Origin: Hemiscyllium ocellatum
Lineage: Eukaryota
NCBI RefSeq assembly: GCF_020745735.1
Contig: NC_083407.1
Coordinates: forward strand, 87,721,857-87,785,856
Direction: 5' to 3'
Length of the DNA stretch: 64,000 nt
Part shown: positions 38,301 to 51,809 of the stretch, one piece after another
How positions within the stretch are numbered: the first letter of the stretch is position 1
Layout: each line of letters begins with the position of its first letter
Notes under the pieces: generated by a model
The model's input: only the letters and a program-made list of their open reading frames with translations
Database searches by the model: none
Told to the model about the DNA's origin: nothing
Translations under genes and position numbers: made by a program

Positions 38301-39000
38301 TATTTCCCACATTAATTCCTTCCTTGGTTGCATCTTCCCCACTCTGATTCACCACAACTTCCCACAATTAGGATCTTGCACCCACCATTTAGTTTAAAAC
38401 CCTACAATCCCTAATGTGTGGTTTTGAAGACCACCAGTCCCAGGACAATTCAGGTGTAGACAGTCCACTGGTACAAATCCTACTTTGTCCAGGATTGGTG
38501 CCAGTACCACATGATCCAGAACCCACTTCTCCCACACCAGTTTTTCAGCCATTCATTCATCTCTTTAACGTTGTGTACCCTAATGCAGAGATTACCACCT
38601 TTGAGATTCTGCTTCTTAAATGGTGCTCCCAAAGCTGGCTATACAGAACTTCCTTCCCAATTCTACCAATGTAACTGGTGTCTACATGTACTATGACATC
38701 CGAACCTCCACCCCCCTCCCCCCCGACCCCGCACCATTGCAAGTTCTTCTGTAGCCCAGAACAGACATCTTGACTCATGACCTTTGCTTCAGAGAACATA
38801 GTCAGTGGAATTGACAATTCTGTCCTCTATGACTATATTCCTTTTGCCTCCTCCACTTGAATGGCTTCCAGTATTATGGTGCCGTGGTCATTTCGTTCAT
38901 CCATCCGACAGCCCCCACTCTCATCCAAACAAGAGAGTTTTAGACCAGTTGGATAATCTCACAGGCTGACACTCATGCACTCCAGGTCCCTTTATCTGCA
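35340..39000 (-). mobile_element. Old long CR1 (esterase, APE and RT remnants)
   Basis: DVIVHVDT (esterase), LGNSDHNM (APE), FQNAFDKVPHQ and LVRLHLECC (RT). Confidence 0.8.
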
Positions 39001-39501
39001 AATAAGCATTGTAGCAGAAAGTCTGCGAAACAATGACACTTCAGAAGTCCGAATACTGCATAACTAAACATGTAATATTAAAACAATGGCAGCTCAACTT
39101 TCACAACTGATTTCAAGTTAAATTAATAAATATGCCAGTTTTGTGGTCATTTCAATATAATACCTTGATGATTCTGTCATTCTACTATGGTTAATTTTAA
39201 TATGGCCAGTACTCATAACCCATTCCTTACGCAAAGCAGTCACATGGAGATCAAAGATCATTGGTCTTTGTTCTTAATTTATTTTAGAGAAAGAATTTAT
39301 AAAGCATCGTCTTCTAAAACAACAGTTGAGCTTTTGCACCAGACAGAATAAACATGCTACCAGGGGTGACGTGACCACATTTATACATGGATTAGAACAA
39401 AGGTAATCAACAAACAAAAAATATCAAAATATTTAGACAGATACAGAAGTGCACAAGTAGTGTAAGTACAAGGCAATATTTCTGTTTTGATTAATACTTA
39501 C

Positions 39502-39634
39502 TTCCACAAAGTTTCCTGAATACACTTCTTCAAGTGTAACTTCAAGATCCACAATAATGTCACTTCCTCGAGGAATGTTCCGGTCTTGATGCCGTGGGCC
39601 GCCTCCAAACATAAAACCAAAATCTCCAAAGAAA
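39502..39634 (-). CDS. DNAJB11: DNAJB11 exon 4, G/F region
   Basis: 133 bp, cag/gtaagt; [44 protein letters not shown]. Confidence 0.97.
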
Positions 39635-40173
39635 CTGCATGAAAAACAATGATTTGATAAGATCAAACAACAGCAATAAGTAAAATATATTTGAGATTTA
39701 TTTTAAATACTCAAACTTATCACATTTACAGGCATAGCATCAAACTAATCATCACATTTACAGGCATAGCAGTCTCTCCACAAAGAGTATAGGTGAAGTT
39801 ATCATTTCTAATCCATTAAGACCAAGGAGTTTCCAAATTCAATGCTTCAACGTTGTTAAATTATTTGATGTTAACTAGAAGGGTAGGGATGCTGCACAAA
39901 CATCCATTGTGCTGCTAGATGAAGACAGTGAAGGGGGAAAAATACTGTCAATTCTCATTTGATAGATACACAATAACCCCTAGTTTAAAGATTAGCCCTG
40001 TATTTTAACTTTGTACTGTGACAAAGTAAAACATGTTTCCTTGGCAAGTGATAATAAATTCTCAGAGTAGAGAATTTATCAGAGTAGAGTGCAGAACTGG
40101 TCACAAACAATTGATATAAATATTAAAATCTATCTAAAAATGTACTAAGTTAGATGCTCAGCCATCTACTTAC

Positions 40174-40271
40174 TGTGAAAATATGTCATCATGGGAACCT
40201 TGACGACCTTCCTTTAAACCTTCTTCACCATACATGTCATATTGTTTCCTCTTCTCTTCATCAGACAAAAC
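40174..40271 (-). CDS. DNAJB11: DNAJB11 exon 3
   Basis: 98 bp, tag/gtaagt; [32 protein letters not shown](H). Confidence 0.96.
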
Positions 40272-40574
40272 CTAACAAAATATAATTAAGAGTGCTCGTT
40301 AAATTAATCATTTAGTCCAAGAGACATTCAGGCACTTTAGTCACAAGACTACACAATCACACAAGATATTTTCTTCCAAAACGAACACTCCATTCAGCAC
40401 TACCCAAAATCATAGAACCAAACTCTGGAAAAAGTCAAGATCATGTTTAAATAGGCTTCAAATCAAAAGTAGACAGACTTGTGACATCCCACTTTTATAT
40501 GACAGATAACATTACAGAAAATCAGTTTTCAAACTTTTGCACTGCAATTGCACAAGTCCAGGATTAAAAAGGAA

Positions 40575-41215
40575 GTCTTGTTTTCAATAGCACCTTTCAC
40601 GATCATTAGATGTCTGCAAGCACTTTACAACTGATGTCGTACTTTGGAAGTGTAGTCACTCTTGTGGGAAACGTGGCAGCCAACTTGAATTAAAGAACCC
40701 CTACAGTATGGAAACATGCCGCTTGGCCCAAAAAATCCACACCGACCTTCCAAAAAGTAACCCACCCAGACCCATTCCCCTTTCTTGTGACTTTACATTT
40801 ACCCTGACCAACGTACCTAACCTATACATCCCTGAACACTATGGGCAATTTAGCATGGCAGCACAGCTAGCCACTGACCCACCGTGCTGCTCCAGCAAAA
40901 CTTCCACAAACAGCACCGTGACAATAATAAAAACTCTGATCTGTCTATTAATTGACAGATAAATATCGCCAAAGACACTGGATACAACTTCCTTGTTCTT
41001 CTTGAAATTAGTGTTATAAAATCATCCAAAGAAGGGAGGTCAGTTTATTGTCTCATCAAAAAGACAGCATCTCTGATCAATGCAGCACTCTCAGTAAAGA
41101 TCTGGAGTGAGCATAGACTTGTCTTCTCTGCTCAGGCACTGGAATAGAACTTTAATCTGGGACCTTGTGGATTCAGAGGTGAGAGTGCCACCTACTAAGT
41201 CATCGTTGATACAGT
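40575..41215 (-). mobile_element. Deu-domain SINE with a nested HE1-like SINE fragment (~40696-40860)
   Basis: Minus-strand Deu core (TTTATTGTCTCATCAAAAAGACAGCA on +). The 3' part is also seen at ~48395-48540. Confidence 0.6.
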
Positions 41216-41384
41216 GCAATCTGGACTTTACAAACAACCTAGACTAGATTTTAGTCAAATCTGAGGCATGTAATTTTACAATTACCTTCCCACAACATTT
41301 ACACTCCTCTGCCCAAAAGAGACAGATGGACTTTTAAAGTGAACATAACTTTTCCTATATTGTATATCATCAAGAAATTTTCCA

Positions 41385-42632
41385 GAGGTTCCACATGGTA
41401 GACCAGTTAATAAAGGTTAGATCACATAGGATCCAGGGGAGGTTAACCATTGGGTACCAATTGACTTGAAGGTAGTAGACAGAGGGTGGTGGTACACGAT
41501 TGCTTTTTGGACTGGAGGCTCAATGCTGTGTCCAGTTTTTTGTCAATTATATAATTGGTTTGGATGTGAATATAGGAGACATGTTTAGTAAGTTTGCAGA
41601 TGACATGAAAATTCTCAGTGTAGTGGACAGTGAAAAAAGATTATCTCAAAGGACAACAGGATCTTGATCAGAGAGAGGTCAGTAGGCTGAGGAGTGGCAG
41701 ATAGATCTAAATTTAGATAAGTGAGAGATGTTGCATTATCATAAGGCAAACCAAGGCAGGATGGTTGATGGCAGGGCCTTGGGGAGTGTTGCCAAACAAA
41801 GAGACCTGGAGCGCAGGTGCATAGTTCCTTAAAAGTGACGCTGCAGGTAGACATGGTGGCGAAGACGGCATTTAGCACTTACCTTCATTGGTCAGAGGGT
41901 CGAGTATAGGAGTTGGGATGTCATGTTGCGGCCATATAGGACATTGGTGTGGCCACTTTTAGAATATGGAGTTCAGTTCCCGTCACCCTGCTATAGGAAG
42001 GGCATTGGTAAACTTGAGTGGGTGTAGAAAAGATCTACAACAACGTTGCCGGATTTGGAGGATTTGAGCCATAGGGAAAGGCTGACTTTTTTCCCTGAAA
42101 TGTCAGAGGCTGAGGGATAACCTTATAGAGGTTTATAAAATCCAGAGGGGCACGGATAGGGTGAACAGGCAAGGTCCTTTCCACAGGGTGGGGAATCCAA
42201 AGCTAGAGGACATTAGTTTAAGGTGAGAGGGGAAGGATTTAAAAGGAACCAAAAGAAGGGGTATCTTTTTCAGGTAGAGGGTGGTTTGTGCATGGAATGA
42301 TCTGCGGGGGGAGCGGTGGAGGCTGGTACAATCACAATATTTAAAAGGCATCTGGATGGGTATATGAATATCCATTAGCCACATTTTGTGTGCTTATTAG
42401 GAGCATGATCTAATGTTAATTTGAAGATACCAGCCACAATTTCAAACTCCAAATTGAAATGGCAAGAATAATCTTAAATCCTGTTTTTTGATTTGATGTG
42501 CTGTTTATGAATAGGAAAAGTTTAGAGGAATATGGCTCAAATGCTGGCAAATGGGGACTAGCTCAGATTGGGGTGTTTGGTTGACATATAAAGTTGGACC
42601 GAAGGGTCTGTTTCCATGCTGTATGGCTCTAT
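41385..42632 (+). mobile_element. CR1 RT/3' fragment carrying a templated inverted insertion
   Basis: KFADD region at ~41590; CR1 tail at 42530-42632. Confidence 0.85.
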
Positions 42633-42881
42633 GGGATTTGTTGGAGACATGATGATCATAAAATGACAACTGTACCAATTAAAGTCGTTTATGACTGGGT
42701 GTGGCAAGAGGAAGAAAACTTTAACTTTTCTCGGGGAAGGAAACAGCACATCAAATCAAAAAACAGGATTTAAGATTATTCTTGCCATTTCAATTTGGAG
42801 TTTGAAATTGTGGCTGGTATCTTCAAATTAACATTAGATCATGCTCCTAATAAGCACACAAAATGTTGCTAATGGATATTC
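42366..42881. repeat. 141-bp inverted repeat (42366-42506 / 42741-42881)
   Basis: 140 of 141 positions complementary; 234-bp spacer. Confidence 0.95.
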
Positions 42882-43899
42882 TAGTTGGCCATCTTTCAAA
42901 TTCTATTGAAGGTATTAATTAGCAAAAGCTCAGATGATACATATTCAAGTTATATATGTGAGTGAGCTACAAACATGTTTTGAATTTTCATTCCTCTGGT
43001 TTCAGTCTTTCCACAGGATATGCCAAATTCAGGCAAGGTGATTGGTAATACTATTATGCAAGCATGTTTGCTTTCAGAGAAGTTCAATTTTGTATTTAAA
43101 TTTTGACCTCAAGGGCAAGGTGCTAGTTTTAAAAATACTCCCCAAATATGCAAACTAAACTGTAGCAAAAAGTGGAAAATGATAACTTTTTAAAAAAAAG
43201 TTGCTGGCCTGAGTTCAATAAAAAGTTGTTCTCTATTTCAGCACATGATGTGATCCATTTTGTAGATGTTAAGATCCATAAAGTTAGAAAAGGTACAATG
43301 TAATTAGAATTTGTTTTCACAATACAAGTCTCCTTCACATACACCCTTCAAGGGAACCCTTAAGGGACGATTAATTACGTGATGCATGCACAAACATTAT
43401 ATAAAGTTTCTCTGCGTTGAGACAGCTTGGAGATAACTGTTTCTCTTCAGGTTTGGACCAAAATCGATCCAAACTCAATAGTCCAATATTTAAGATCAGG
43501 AACATTCAATATGATCAGGTTAGTTTCAGACTGAGTCACTAATGAAAGTTGACAGGTTAGCCTTGTCACTGGTTCTGGAATCCTTACAACCCAACTCCAG
43601 ATAAGCCTACAAATTAATGCCACAATCCATAGGGTTAGCCTAGCTGAACAGATTGCAGAGAGCTTAAAAGAAAACAAAGAAAAACTGAAAATACTGTTTA
43701 CAGGTATAACCACTGTCACTAAGAAAAGTTACTGAAGTCAGCTCTTTGTAGTTTAAAATTTTTTTTTTAAAATGAGAAGAGAGAAAGCATAAAAAAAAGT
43801 GCGTCATTGAAATACTTTGTTGCAGAACACATTATAATGAATGACAGGTGATAAAGCAGGCATTATGAAATTCAAAAAGACATATACAAGAAACAATAA

Positions 43900-45625
43900 G
43901 AAAACGTGAATAATTAAAAGTTAAAAGGAATCATGAAAAATAGCAAGGTCAAGCAGGTTCCTGGGAGGATAGTAGGGGAGAATAATAAGATCACAGACAC
44001 CAAGGTGGACAAATCCCTCCCTAAATATCAACTTGCTCCTTCCCCAGTCCTGGAAATGTCAGCACACCCATTGCACAGATGCCTTATGGCAGCCACAGTT
44101 AAAATTGTGAAACATTAGGTCAGTGTAAAAGCCAGAGAACTGCAAAGTGTCAGATGTAGCAATTACGTGTGAGTCAATTTAACTTTTGCGCAGGCGAAAC
44201 TTTGAAGAGATAGTTCCGCACAAAATTAATGGTCACATAAGCATATACAGGTTAATTAAGAAAATCCAAAGTGGATTTGTTAAACGCAAATCATGTTTAT
44301 CCAATTTGAGGTGGTATCAGAGTGATCGTGAGGATAATGCTGTTTTTATGGTGTAAATCAGCTTCTAAAATGCATTTGTAAAAATGCCACATATTCACTT
44401 ATAATCAATCAAAGTTAGAACTTGTGGATTGAAAGGTTTAATAGCAACATGGATCTAAAATTGGCTGAGTGACAAGAAACAAAGATGAATGGTTGTTTTC
44501 AGATAGGAGGAAGATTTAAGATAGATTTTCATAGGAATTTATGTTAGGACCCCTACTGTGCCTGACAAATTAGTAACCTATATAGGTACAATTTCCAAAT
44601 CTGCAGATGATACAAAGCTTGAAACATTGTGAACAATTAAAATGATGGTTTGGACAGTAAGGTTATAGGCATGGTGAAATGGACAGACAAGATGAAATGT
44701 AATGCAGAAATGAGTGAAATTATGAATTAGCATGAAGGTGGCAGAGAAACAATTTAAAAAAAGATAATTTAGAAGGGAGAGCAGGAGCAGAGGGACCAAG
44801 TCTACACAGTCAGTTCTGTATAGACTTGACTATGTAGAAGTTGCATTCTTGCACAACCCCATTATAATCCATTACAGCCAACACATGTTTTAAAAATTTC
44901 ACTCTGTAGAAAGTGACCCCAATTTGTCAATTGCATTACACCAAATGTGTGTTGGTGAAATGTGTGTTGTAACAGAACAACCTGTCCACAGAAAATTCCT
45001 AAAAGGTGGCAGGGTCACATCAAGTGATCAATGAATAAAGCATGTGGCATCCTAGGCTTTTGTTAAAAAAAAGGTGTAAAGTCTAAAAGCAATATATTGT
45101 TAAACCGCTACAAAACATTGACTCAACCTCACCTCGAGTGTTGCATCCATTTCTGGACACCACATTTTAGGATAAGAGGATGCAGAAAGAATGGTTCCAG
45201 GGCTGGGAACCTTCAGTTACATAAAGAAAGACTAGAGAGGATGTGACTCTGTCCTTGAAGAGAAAATTAATAGAAGTATTCAAAATTTTAGGGTGCAGAT
45301 AGGGACAAGTCATCCACAATGGTGCAATGATCAAGAACCAAAAAGAGAACAGATTGAAGATATCCAGCAACAGAAGCAACAGCGACATAAAGAGAAACTT
45401 CTGCATGCAGTGAATGATCAGGATCTGGTATGCACTGCTGAAAATTGCAGTGAAAACAGGGTCAATTTAGATTGTCAAGATGAAACTGGATCATTATCTA
45501 AAAAAATAAAACCTTGCAGGGCTACACAGAAAACACACGAGCAATGGCTCAAGATGAAGTGCTCCTTTGGAGGACCAGCAGACACGACAGATCAAATTAC
45601 CTTTCTATGCTATAACCATTCCATA
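43900..45625 (+). mobile_element. Old CR1 RT remnant
   Basis: Degenerate KVDKS, KSADDTK and LECCIHFW motifs. Confidence 0.65.
44807..44985. mobile_element. Tc1/mariner (Tigger-like) MITE, second copy
   Basis: TTACAGCCAACACATGTTTTAAAA and GTAGAAAGTGACCCCA are reverse complements of segments in 30731-30951. Confidence 0.55.
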
Positions 45626-46346
45626 ATTCTAAAAAGAAAGTTCAGATTCAGTATCTTGAGCTTAATTTCAAACAAAACAAAGCCAAAGACAAATGTCAAA
45701 CTGGGAAAATGAATTGAAATAGCAAGAAACTGGGAGCTCAGGATTGCATCTTCAGACAAAGCAGAGGACTGTTAGCAAAAGTTACCTAATTGATGTTCAG
45801 TTTCCAGACTATAGAAAAGGCCCTACCAAGGTCAAGGAATACAGAACTGCGTTTGTTTAAGGAATATTGGGATGTCCTGTGGTCATGGTAGGCTTTTCTT
45901 CCTGAAATTGGAAGTAGTTCACATAAATTGTTGCTTTACTGGTGTTGCGAAGATCAATGGACAATCATTGCACCTAAGCTTAAGCTTCTTAAATAGGTTT
46001 AGCCAGCTAAACTCCAGCACACGCTTGGAGGCCCTAAACTATTAAACGCACTATGAATTTACTTTCTTACCGTTCATAAATACATGTCAGTTACAAAACA
46101 GACAATCTAGAAAAAATGTAAAGAGAAACACCTCGACAACTGTATTGTTTTAGGAAGTGTAGACATTGAACTACAAAGTATACAAGTCCTGCAAAGTGTA
46201 ACTGAAACAATATGTAAATTGAGAATCTTATAGCAGTTGTTCCAGCAGTCTGTTGGATTAGATTATAGTGTGACCTTTCACCCGTTCACCAACAACCAAT
46301 GAGCTGAAGCCACACAGTCTCCCTGATTTGTCATCACTAGAACTCA

Positions 46347-46709
<363 letters not shown>

Positions 46710-46902
46710 TCATTTACTGATGAGCAACACACTGGGCAATCCCAGCAATGTTACAGAGAGAGCTAAGTTCCCTTCCCCGGTGATCACTCAGTGGGGTCAG
46801 TCTAACGCGTTAATATCCAGGACATTCATTCAGGGTAGGGAAGGAAGAGCGACAGGAACCTGAGCTGGAGCTCTCCCTCACACTCTCTGCCTCCCCACTC
46901 AC

Positions 46903-46967
46903 CCTGTCAGCACCTCTCCGCTCAGACACAGCAGTACAATACACACACAGCGCACACCCGCCGCCAT
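46903..46967 (-). CDS. DNAJB11: DNAJB11 (ERdj3) exon 1, signal peptide
   Basis: gcagcATGGCG start; MAAGVRCVCIVLLCLSGEVLTG hydrophobic signal peptide; GTGAGT donor, phase 2, in frame with exon 2. Confidence 0.88.
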
Positions 46968-47234
46968 GCTGCACACTTTTCCTCCTTCCCTTCCTTGTTC
47001 TTTTTTTTTATGTTTTGGCTCCGCTCTCCACGTTGCTCGCTACGAGCTGGTGAACGGCAACTACCGGCAGAGACAGCCTGGCTTCCTCATGCCTGACGCT
47101 TTCAGGAGGGAGGAGTCCAAGCCTTTTAGTCCGGCTACTAGACCTTCTCATTCGTTTGCATTCGCACCGACACACATTTTACAAGAAAGGGGTTGGACAG
47201 AGGAAGAGGAGGGCATGGAGGTGGAGCTGTGAGT
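46968..47234. promoter_or_regulatory. DNAJB11 promoter / candidate bidirectional promoter with putative non-coding TBCCD1 exon 1 (donor GTGAGT 47229-47234, + strand)
   Basis: CpG-containing segment just upstream of the DNAJB11 ATG; CCACGT at 47028-47033. The head-to-head DNAJB11/TBCCD1 arrangement is known in mammals. Confidence 0.5.
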
Positions 47235-47920
47235 GAAGGAAATTATGCATAGAATTCTAATAAGTCAAAAATGGAACTAAAAATACTCAAGGCGGGAAAT
47301 CTCATTTATATTTTCGCCTTTATTATTGTTTTTTAAAAATAGAATGCTTATTGGCAGTGCTTTAGATGTTTTATAAGTTAAGAATACTGAGTTAAAGTTA
47401 AATAATAAAATATTACTGCGTTAGGTAAGAGACAGTCCTGTGTGAGTTTTTATTTCACTTCGCCTTTTAGTTGCTACATAGTGCATTAGTCCCAGAAGTG
47501 TTGAAGGCTTCTCCCCGGAAAACGGAAAATACCGTTATGGGATAAGTGAGGGAAAATTGAAAAAATATTTGAGGGAGAGTAAGATACGAGTTTTGAGAAG
47601 AAATGTGTGCGGTGGGATTTGTTTTGCATTTCTCCATGAAAGCGATATCATAGATGGTCACCTGTGCTGGACGTGTTCTGTGATTCGAAATAACTTTAAA
47701 GGTAATCACCTCATTTCTTGTTTGAGGTATATTTATAACACACTCTATAATAACATGCCGTGCTAACTCTTCTCCACCTTCAAAAGCATCTTGCTATGTC
47801 CGGCTCTATTTACTTTTCTTACTCCAACATTGTGAAGCATCTTGGGAGATTTTACTAAGCTGTAACATTAATGCAAATTGTTATACTTTAGATTTTTTTA
47901 AGTTAGATTACTTAGATTTA

Positions 47921-48163
47921 AGGTGGCACAGTGGTTAGCACTGCGGCCTCACAGCGCTAGAGATGCAGGTTCAATTCCCGCCTCAGGCGACTGACTGTGT
48001 GGAGTTTGTACATTATCTGCGTGGGTGTCCTCCGGTTTCCTCCCACAGTCCAAAGATGTGCAGGTTAGGTGAATTGGGCATGCTAAATTGCCCGTAGTGT
48101 TAGGTGTAGGGGTCTGGGTCGGTATGGACTTGTTGGGTCTGTTTCCACACTGTAAGTAATTAA
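47921..48163 (+). mobile_element. HE1-like tRNA-derived SINE
   Basis: GGTGGCACAGTGGTTAGCACTG...GGTTCAATTCCCGCC...TTTCCACACTGTAAGTAAT. Confidence 0.88.
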
Positions 48164-49159
48164 TTAAATTCACCAGGACGCTGACCTCAAACCCGATTTA
48201 AGTACATGGATTTTTCTTTTATTCAAATACATTGGATAGATGGAATTTTAAATTAAACCACAATCCATTTTACCTATAGGACTGTGCTTTGGATCAATTG
48301 AGAGAGATGACAAGAAATAATCTATTTTGAAATTATGATAAAATTCTGAAAATATTAACCAGACCAGTCAGACATCATCTTTGAAAATAAAAAAGCTTGT
48401 ATTTATACAGCAATTTTTGAAACCACCTGATATCACATGCACTTTAAAGCCCATTAAGTACTTTTGAAATATAGTAACTTTTGTAACGTAGAAAACATAG
48501 CAATCAATTTGCATTCAGCAAAGTCCCACAAGTGGCAGCAATTTAAGTCAGAATGAGGCACTAGCTACTTCAGTATGGTGGGCCCAGAGTCAAGTTTAAG
48601 CTCAGTTTGGGAGCCAGGAACATCGGTGGCGACTGCATTGCTGAGATTAGGCTCGTGCAGATTCATGCTGGCGACAATGTAAGTGGACGCAAAATGGCAC
48701 CGAAGAATGGCAATACAGTTCCAGCAGGGGCAGCACAGCTCTAGGTCATTGGCTGGGCTTGGGTATGTTAAAGTACAGATTTGAGACGCCTCAGGGAATC
48801 CCTTGTGGACTACAGACCTGTAAGCATCTCTCATGGTTTGTCCCGGAGATCGTACTCTTTGGTGGTCTGGAATTTTTAAAAAACTCTTACGGACAGTTTA
48901 GTTTAATTTTAATCATTCCCTTCATTTACTAATAGCATCACTGTTACAACATAACACTGATACCTATAAGCCAGGCTAACTGGATTCTAATAATCCAGGA
49001 GAGGAGAAATCGCTCTTCTTTCAAGAACCCTGGTCAGCTACTCCGTCGTACTATCAAAGACAGAATACTTTTATACACAGGTTTACAAAGTCACTACTGT
49101 CACAAACGCAAAAGTTAATGAAAACACTGCATGTTCTGAACTAGACAGATAATAGCAAA

Positions 49160-49290
49160 GGGAGAAGTTGGTACTGCAGATGCTGGAGATGAGAGTCAAG
49201 ATTAGAGTGGTGCTGGAAAAGCACAGCAGATCAGGCAGCATCCGAGAAGCAGGAAAATCAACATTTCGTGCGAAAGCCCTCCATCGGAAA
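49160..49290 (-). mobile_element. Penelope-derived short element (degenerate)
   Basis: GCTGGAAAAGCACAGCAGATCAGGCAGCATCC motif shared with the 13241 and 63839 family. Confidence 0.7.
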
Positions 49291-49504
49291 ATAGCGAAGG
49301 ACAATAATTCTGGAGAGAAGTTAATTTGATACCGAGTTTCGTTCTGAGGTCAGAATTAAACATTGTTTATTAATTTCACAAAGGAACAGCCTTGAATGTT
49401 ATCACATGTGAGGACCAAGCAATTAAAAAGAAGCAGAATACTGCAATGTGGATATAGAATTAAACAGAAAATGTTGGGAAGGTAAAACTTAGCAAGTAAG
49501 ACCG

Positions 49505-50203
49505 TATTATGAAGATGTGGGTGAACCATATCTTTTAAGAGAATTAAAAGCTAGCAGTGACAGCACCAAATGTTCACAATAAGGCACAATGTAACATATG
49601 CTCCAGCTACAGGAGTAGCTGGTTGCCTGGAAATGACAAAAAACAGATTTGAATTTGCCCAATCAGTTTAAATTATTCCCCGGAAAAATACCGATTTCCA
49701 ATCAAGTTTGAATTGAGTATATTGACAATCTTAAAAGCCAATGACACAATCTGATGTTCTGGGGTATAAGATCAGGAACAAATTGAACAGTTGGGAGGAG
49801 AACTGCCAAGCATCAATGATTAAAAGAATGCCTGAAAAAAAAGCTGTCTTAAAAGTACCTTTTTTGACCTGTGAAGCAGAATCCCCAAGAAGAAGAAAAG
49901 AAGGTCCAAATAGAAGAACCGAAAGCTGCCTGGTTTTGAGATAAGAAGTGTTGTCTTGTAAATCTTAATTGGAGTTTTATCAGATTTGTATTGTAGAAGG
50001 AAAGGTAAAAAATAGATTAGAGTAAGGATTTGTACATAGTTGTTAGTTAATTATTCTATGTTATACATTAAGAAATAAAGTTGTTAATTTTTACTTTAAA
50101 TACTTCTTGGCCACTCAAATTTTTACAGATTACTGCTCGGGATAAATCTTTTCTGTGTTGGTGGTTTTAAACTAAGCAGGAGAGTTTACCCCATGATGTA
50201 ACA
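49505..50203 (+). repeat. 5' LTR of the Gypsy element
   Basis: TATTATGAAGAT...GTAACA; colinear with 57755-58444. Confidence 0.9.
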
Positions 50204-51809
50204 GTTTGGGGTCTCGGGTTCGTAATCTGAACTGGTTAAGTCAGATTTGAATAGATTTGGGGGTACAAAAATTCATAAGATTTAAACACTTGCAGGTTAA
50301 TGTCCTAGATCTTTAAATACAACATAGGTAAGACAATTTGTTTGATTTCAGTGACTTGTAGTTGATTAAATTAAAAGTGAGAGAAATGGCTCGTTAAATT
50401 GCTTAAGGGGTTCAGGGATTTGAAGATGATTCTCAAATTTGCCAGGGAAGTTTAGAAGGAAAGAAAAGGCCATACTTTTATAATTAGCAAATAAGTTAGA
50501 TTTGGGTTTAACCAAGAAAAAAAGCAAAGCTGAAATTGTAAAGGGGTTACTCAAACACTTAGTTGTGTCAGAGAAACAGACAAGTGCAGTAGAGGTAGAA
50601 AAACTTAAATTACAATTGAGGAAAATGGAGTTAGAAGATAGAGAGAAAGGGAATGAGAAAGAGAGAGAGAGAGAGAGGAAAAGAGAGAGAAGGTTTTTAG
50701 CTAAGCAAAGAGAGAGAAGAAAGGGAGAGACAAAAAGACAGAGAATGTGAACTTGAGAAGTTGTGACTTTTAGTTAACAAAGTCAAGTTAACAGGATAAA
50801 AAGAAGGTAGTAATATATAAAAATATGTCAAAACTCTGCACATTTTGATCAGAAAGATGTTGAAGCCTTCTGTATTTTATTTGAAAGATTGGCTAGGCAG
50901 ATGGAGTGGTGCAAGGATTTATGGGTACTGCTAGTTCAGACTAAACTGGTAAGCAGAGCTAGTGAGGTATTTGCCGCACTGTCAGATGAGGGGTCAAGAG
51001 ATTATGAAGAGGTTAAACAGGCTATTTTAAGTGCTTATGAATTGGTACCAGAAGCATATTGACAGCGGTTCAGAAACACAAAAAAGGAACCAGGTTACAC
51101 TTCAAAAGAATTAAACATAGTCATTTTGATTGATGGGTTTGAGGCATTAAGAGCAATTATTCTGCTGAAGGAGTTTAAAAACTCACTTCCAGAGAAGATT
51201 AAAAACTCACGTAGAGGAACAGGAAGTTCAGGAAATGAGAAGGGCAGCAGAATTAGCAGATCAGTACATGTTGGTGTATAAGACAAGCTTCCAGCCAGAA
51301 CTTCGTCCTGTGAGAGATAGAAGTTGGGAGAAGGGGAGATCTTACACTACTAAACCAAGAGGAGAGAGCATTGGTAAGAGTTTACAACAGGATAAAAAAG
51401 AAGCCTGAGAGGGCAGAAAGGAGGTGAAAGGCCTCCGGTGTTTCCACTGTGGTAAAGTGGGAAATATAAAATCACAGTGCTAGTTATTAAAGAAAGGCAC
51501 TGTGGGAAATATTGTAAAAGAAGCAAAGCCAGTGGCACTAGTGAAGGAAGTAAAAGAGACCCCAAGAAGAGCCAAAGACCTGTAGGAGAGAGCACAGCCT
51601 TGGCAGGGGCTGCGTATGGAGTTAGTACCTGATCTCTACAAAGAATTCACCTCTGTGGGTAAAGTTTACTCAGAAAGAACAAAGGGAGAAGGACAAGAAG
51701 TTATAATTTTGAGAGATACAGATCTAACCAGTCCCTGATAGTAAGGGATGAGCGAATATGCACTCTTTTTGATGTGTTACCCGAGAGTGTGGGAGAGATG
51801 GACAGAAAT

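Noticed and set aside
39719-39771. 21-bp direct repeat (and a 15-bp one at ~32230-32263)
   Set aside because: Only two copies each; ordinary slippage duplications, not arrays.
47010-47100. Canonical ERSE/UPRE in the DNAJB11 promoter
   Set aside because: CCACG is present, but no CCAAT-N9 or ATTGG-N1 partner and no TGACGTGG; only a partial motif.
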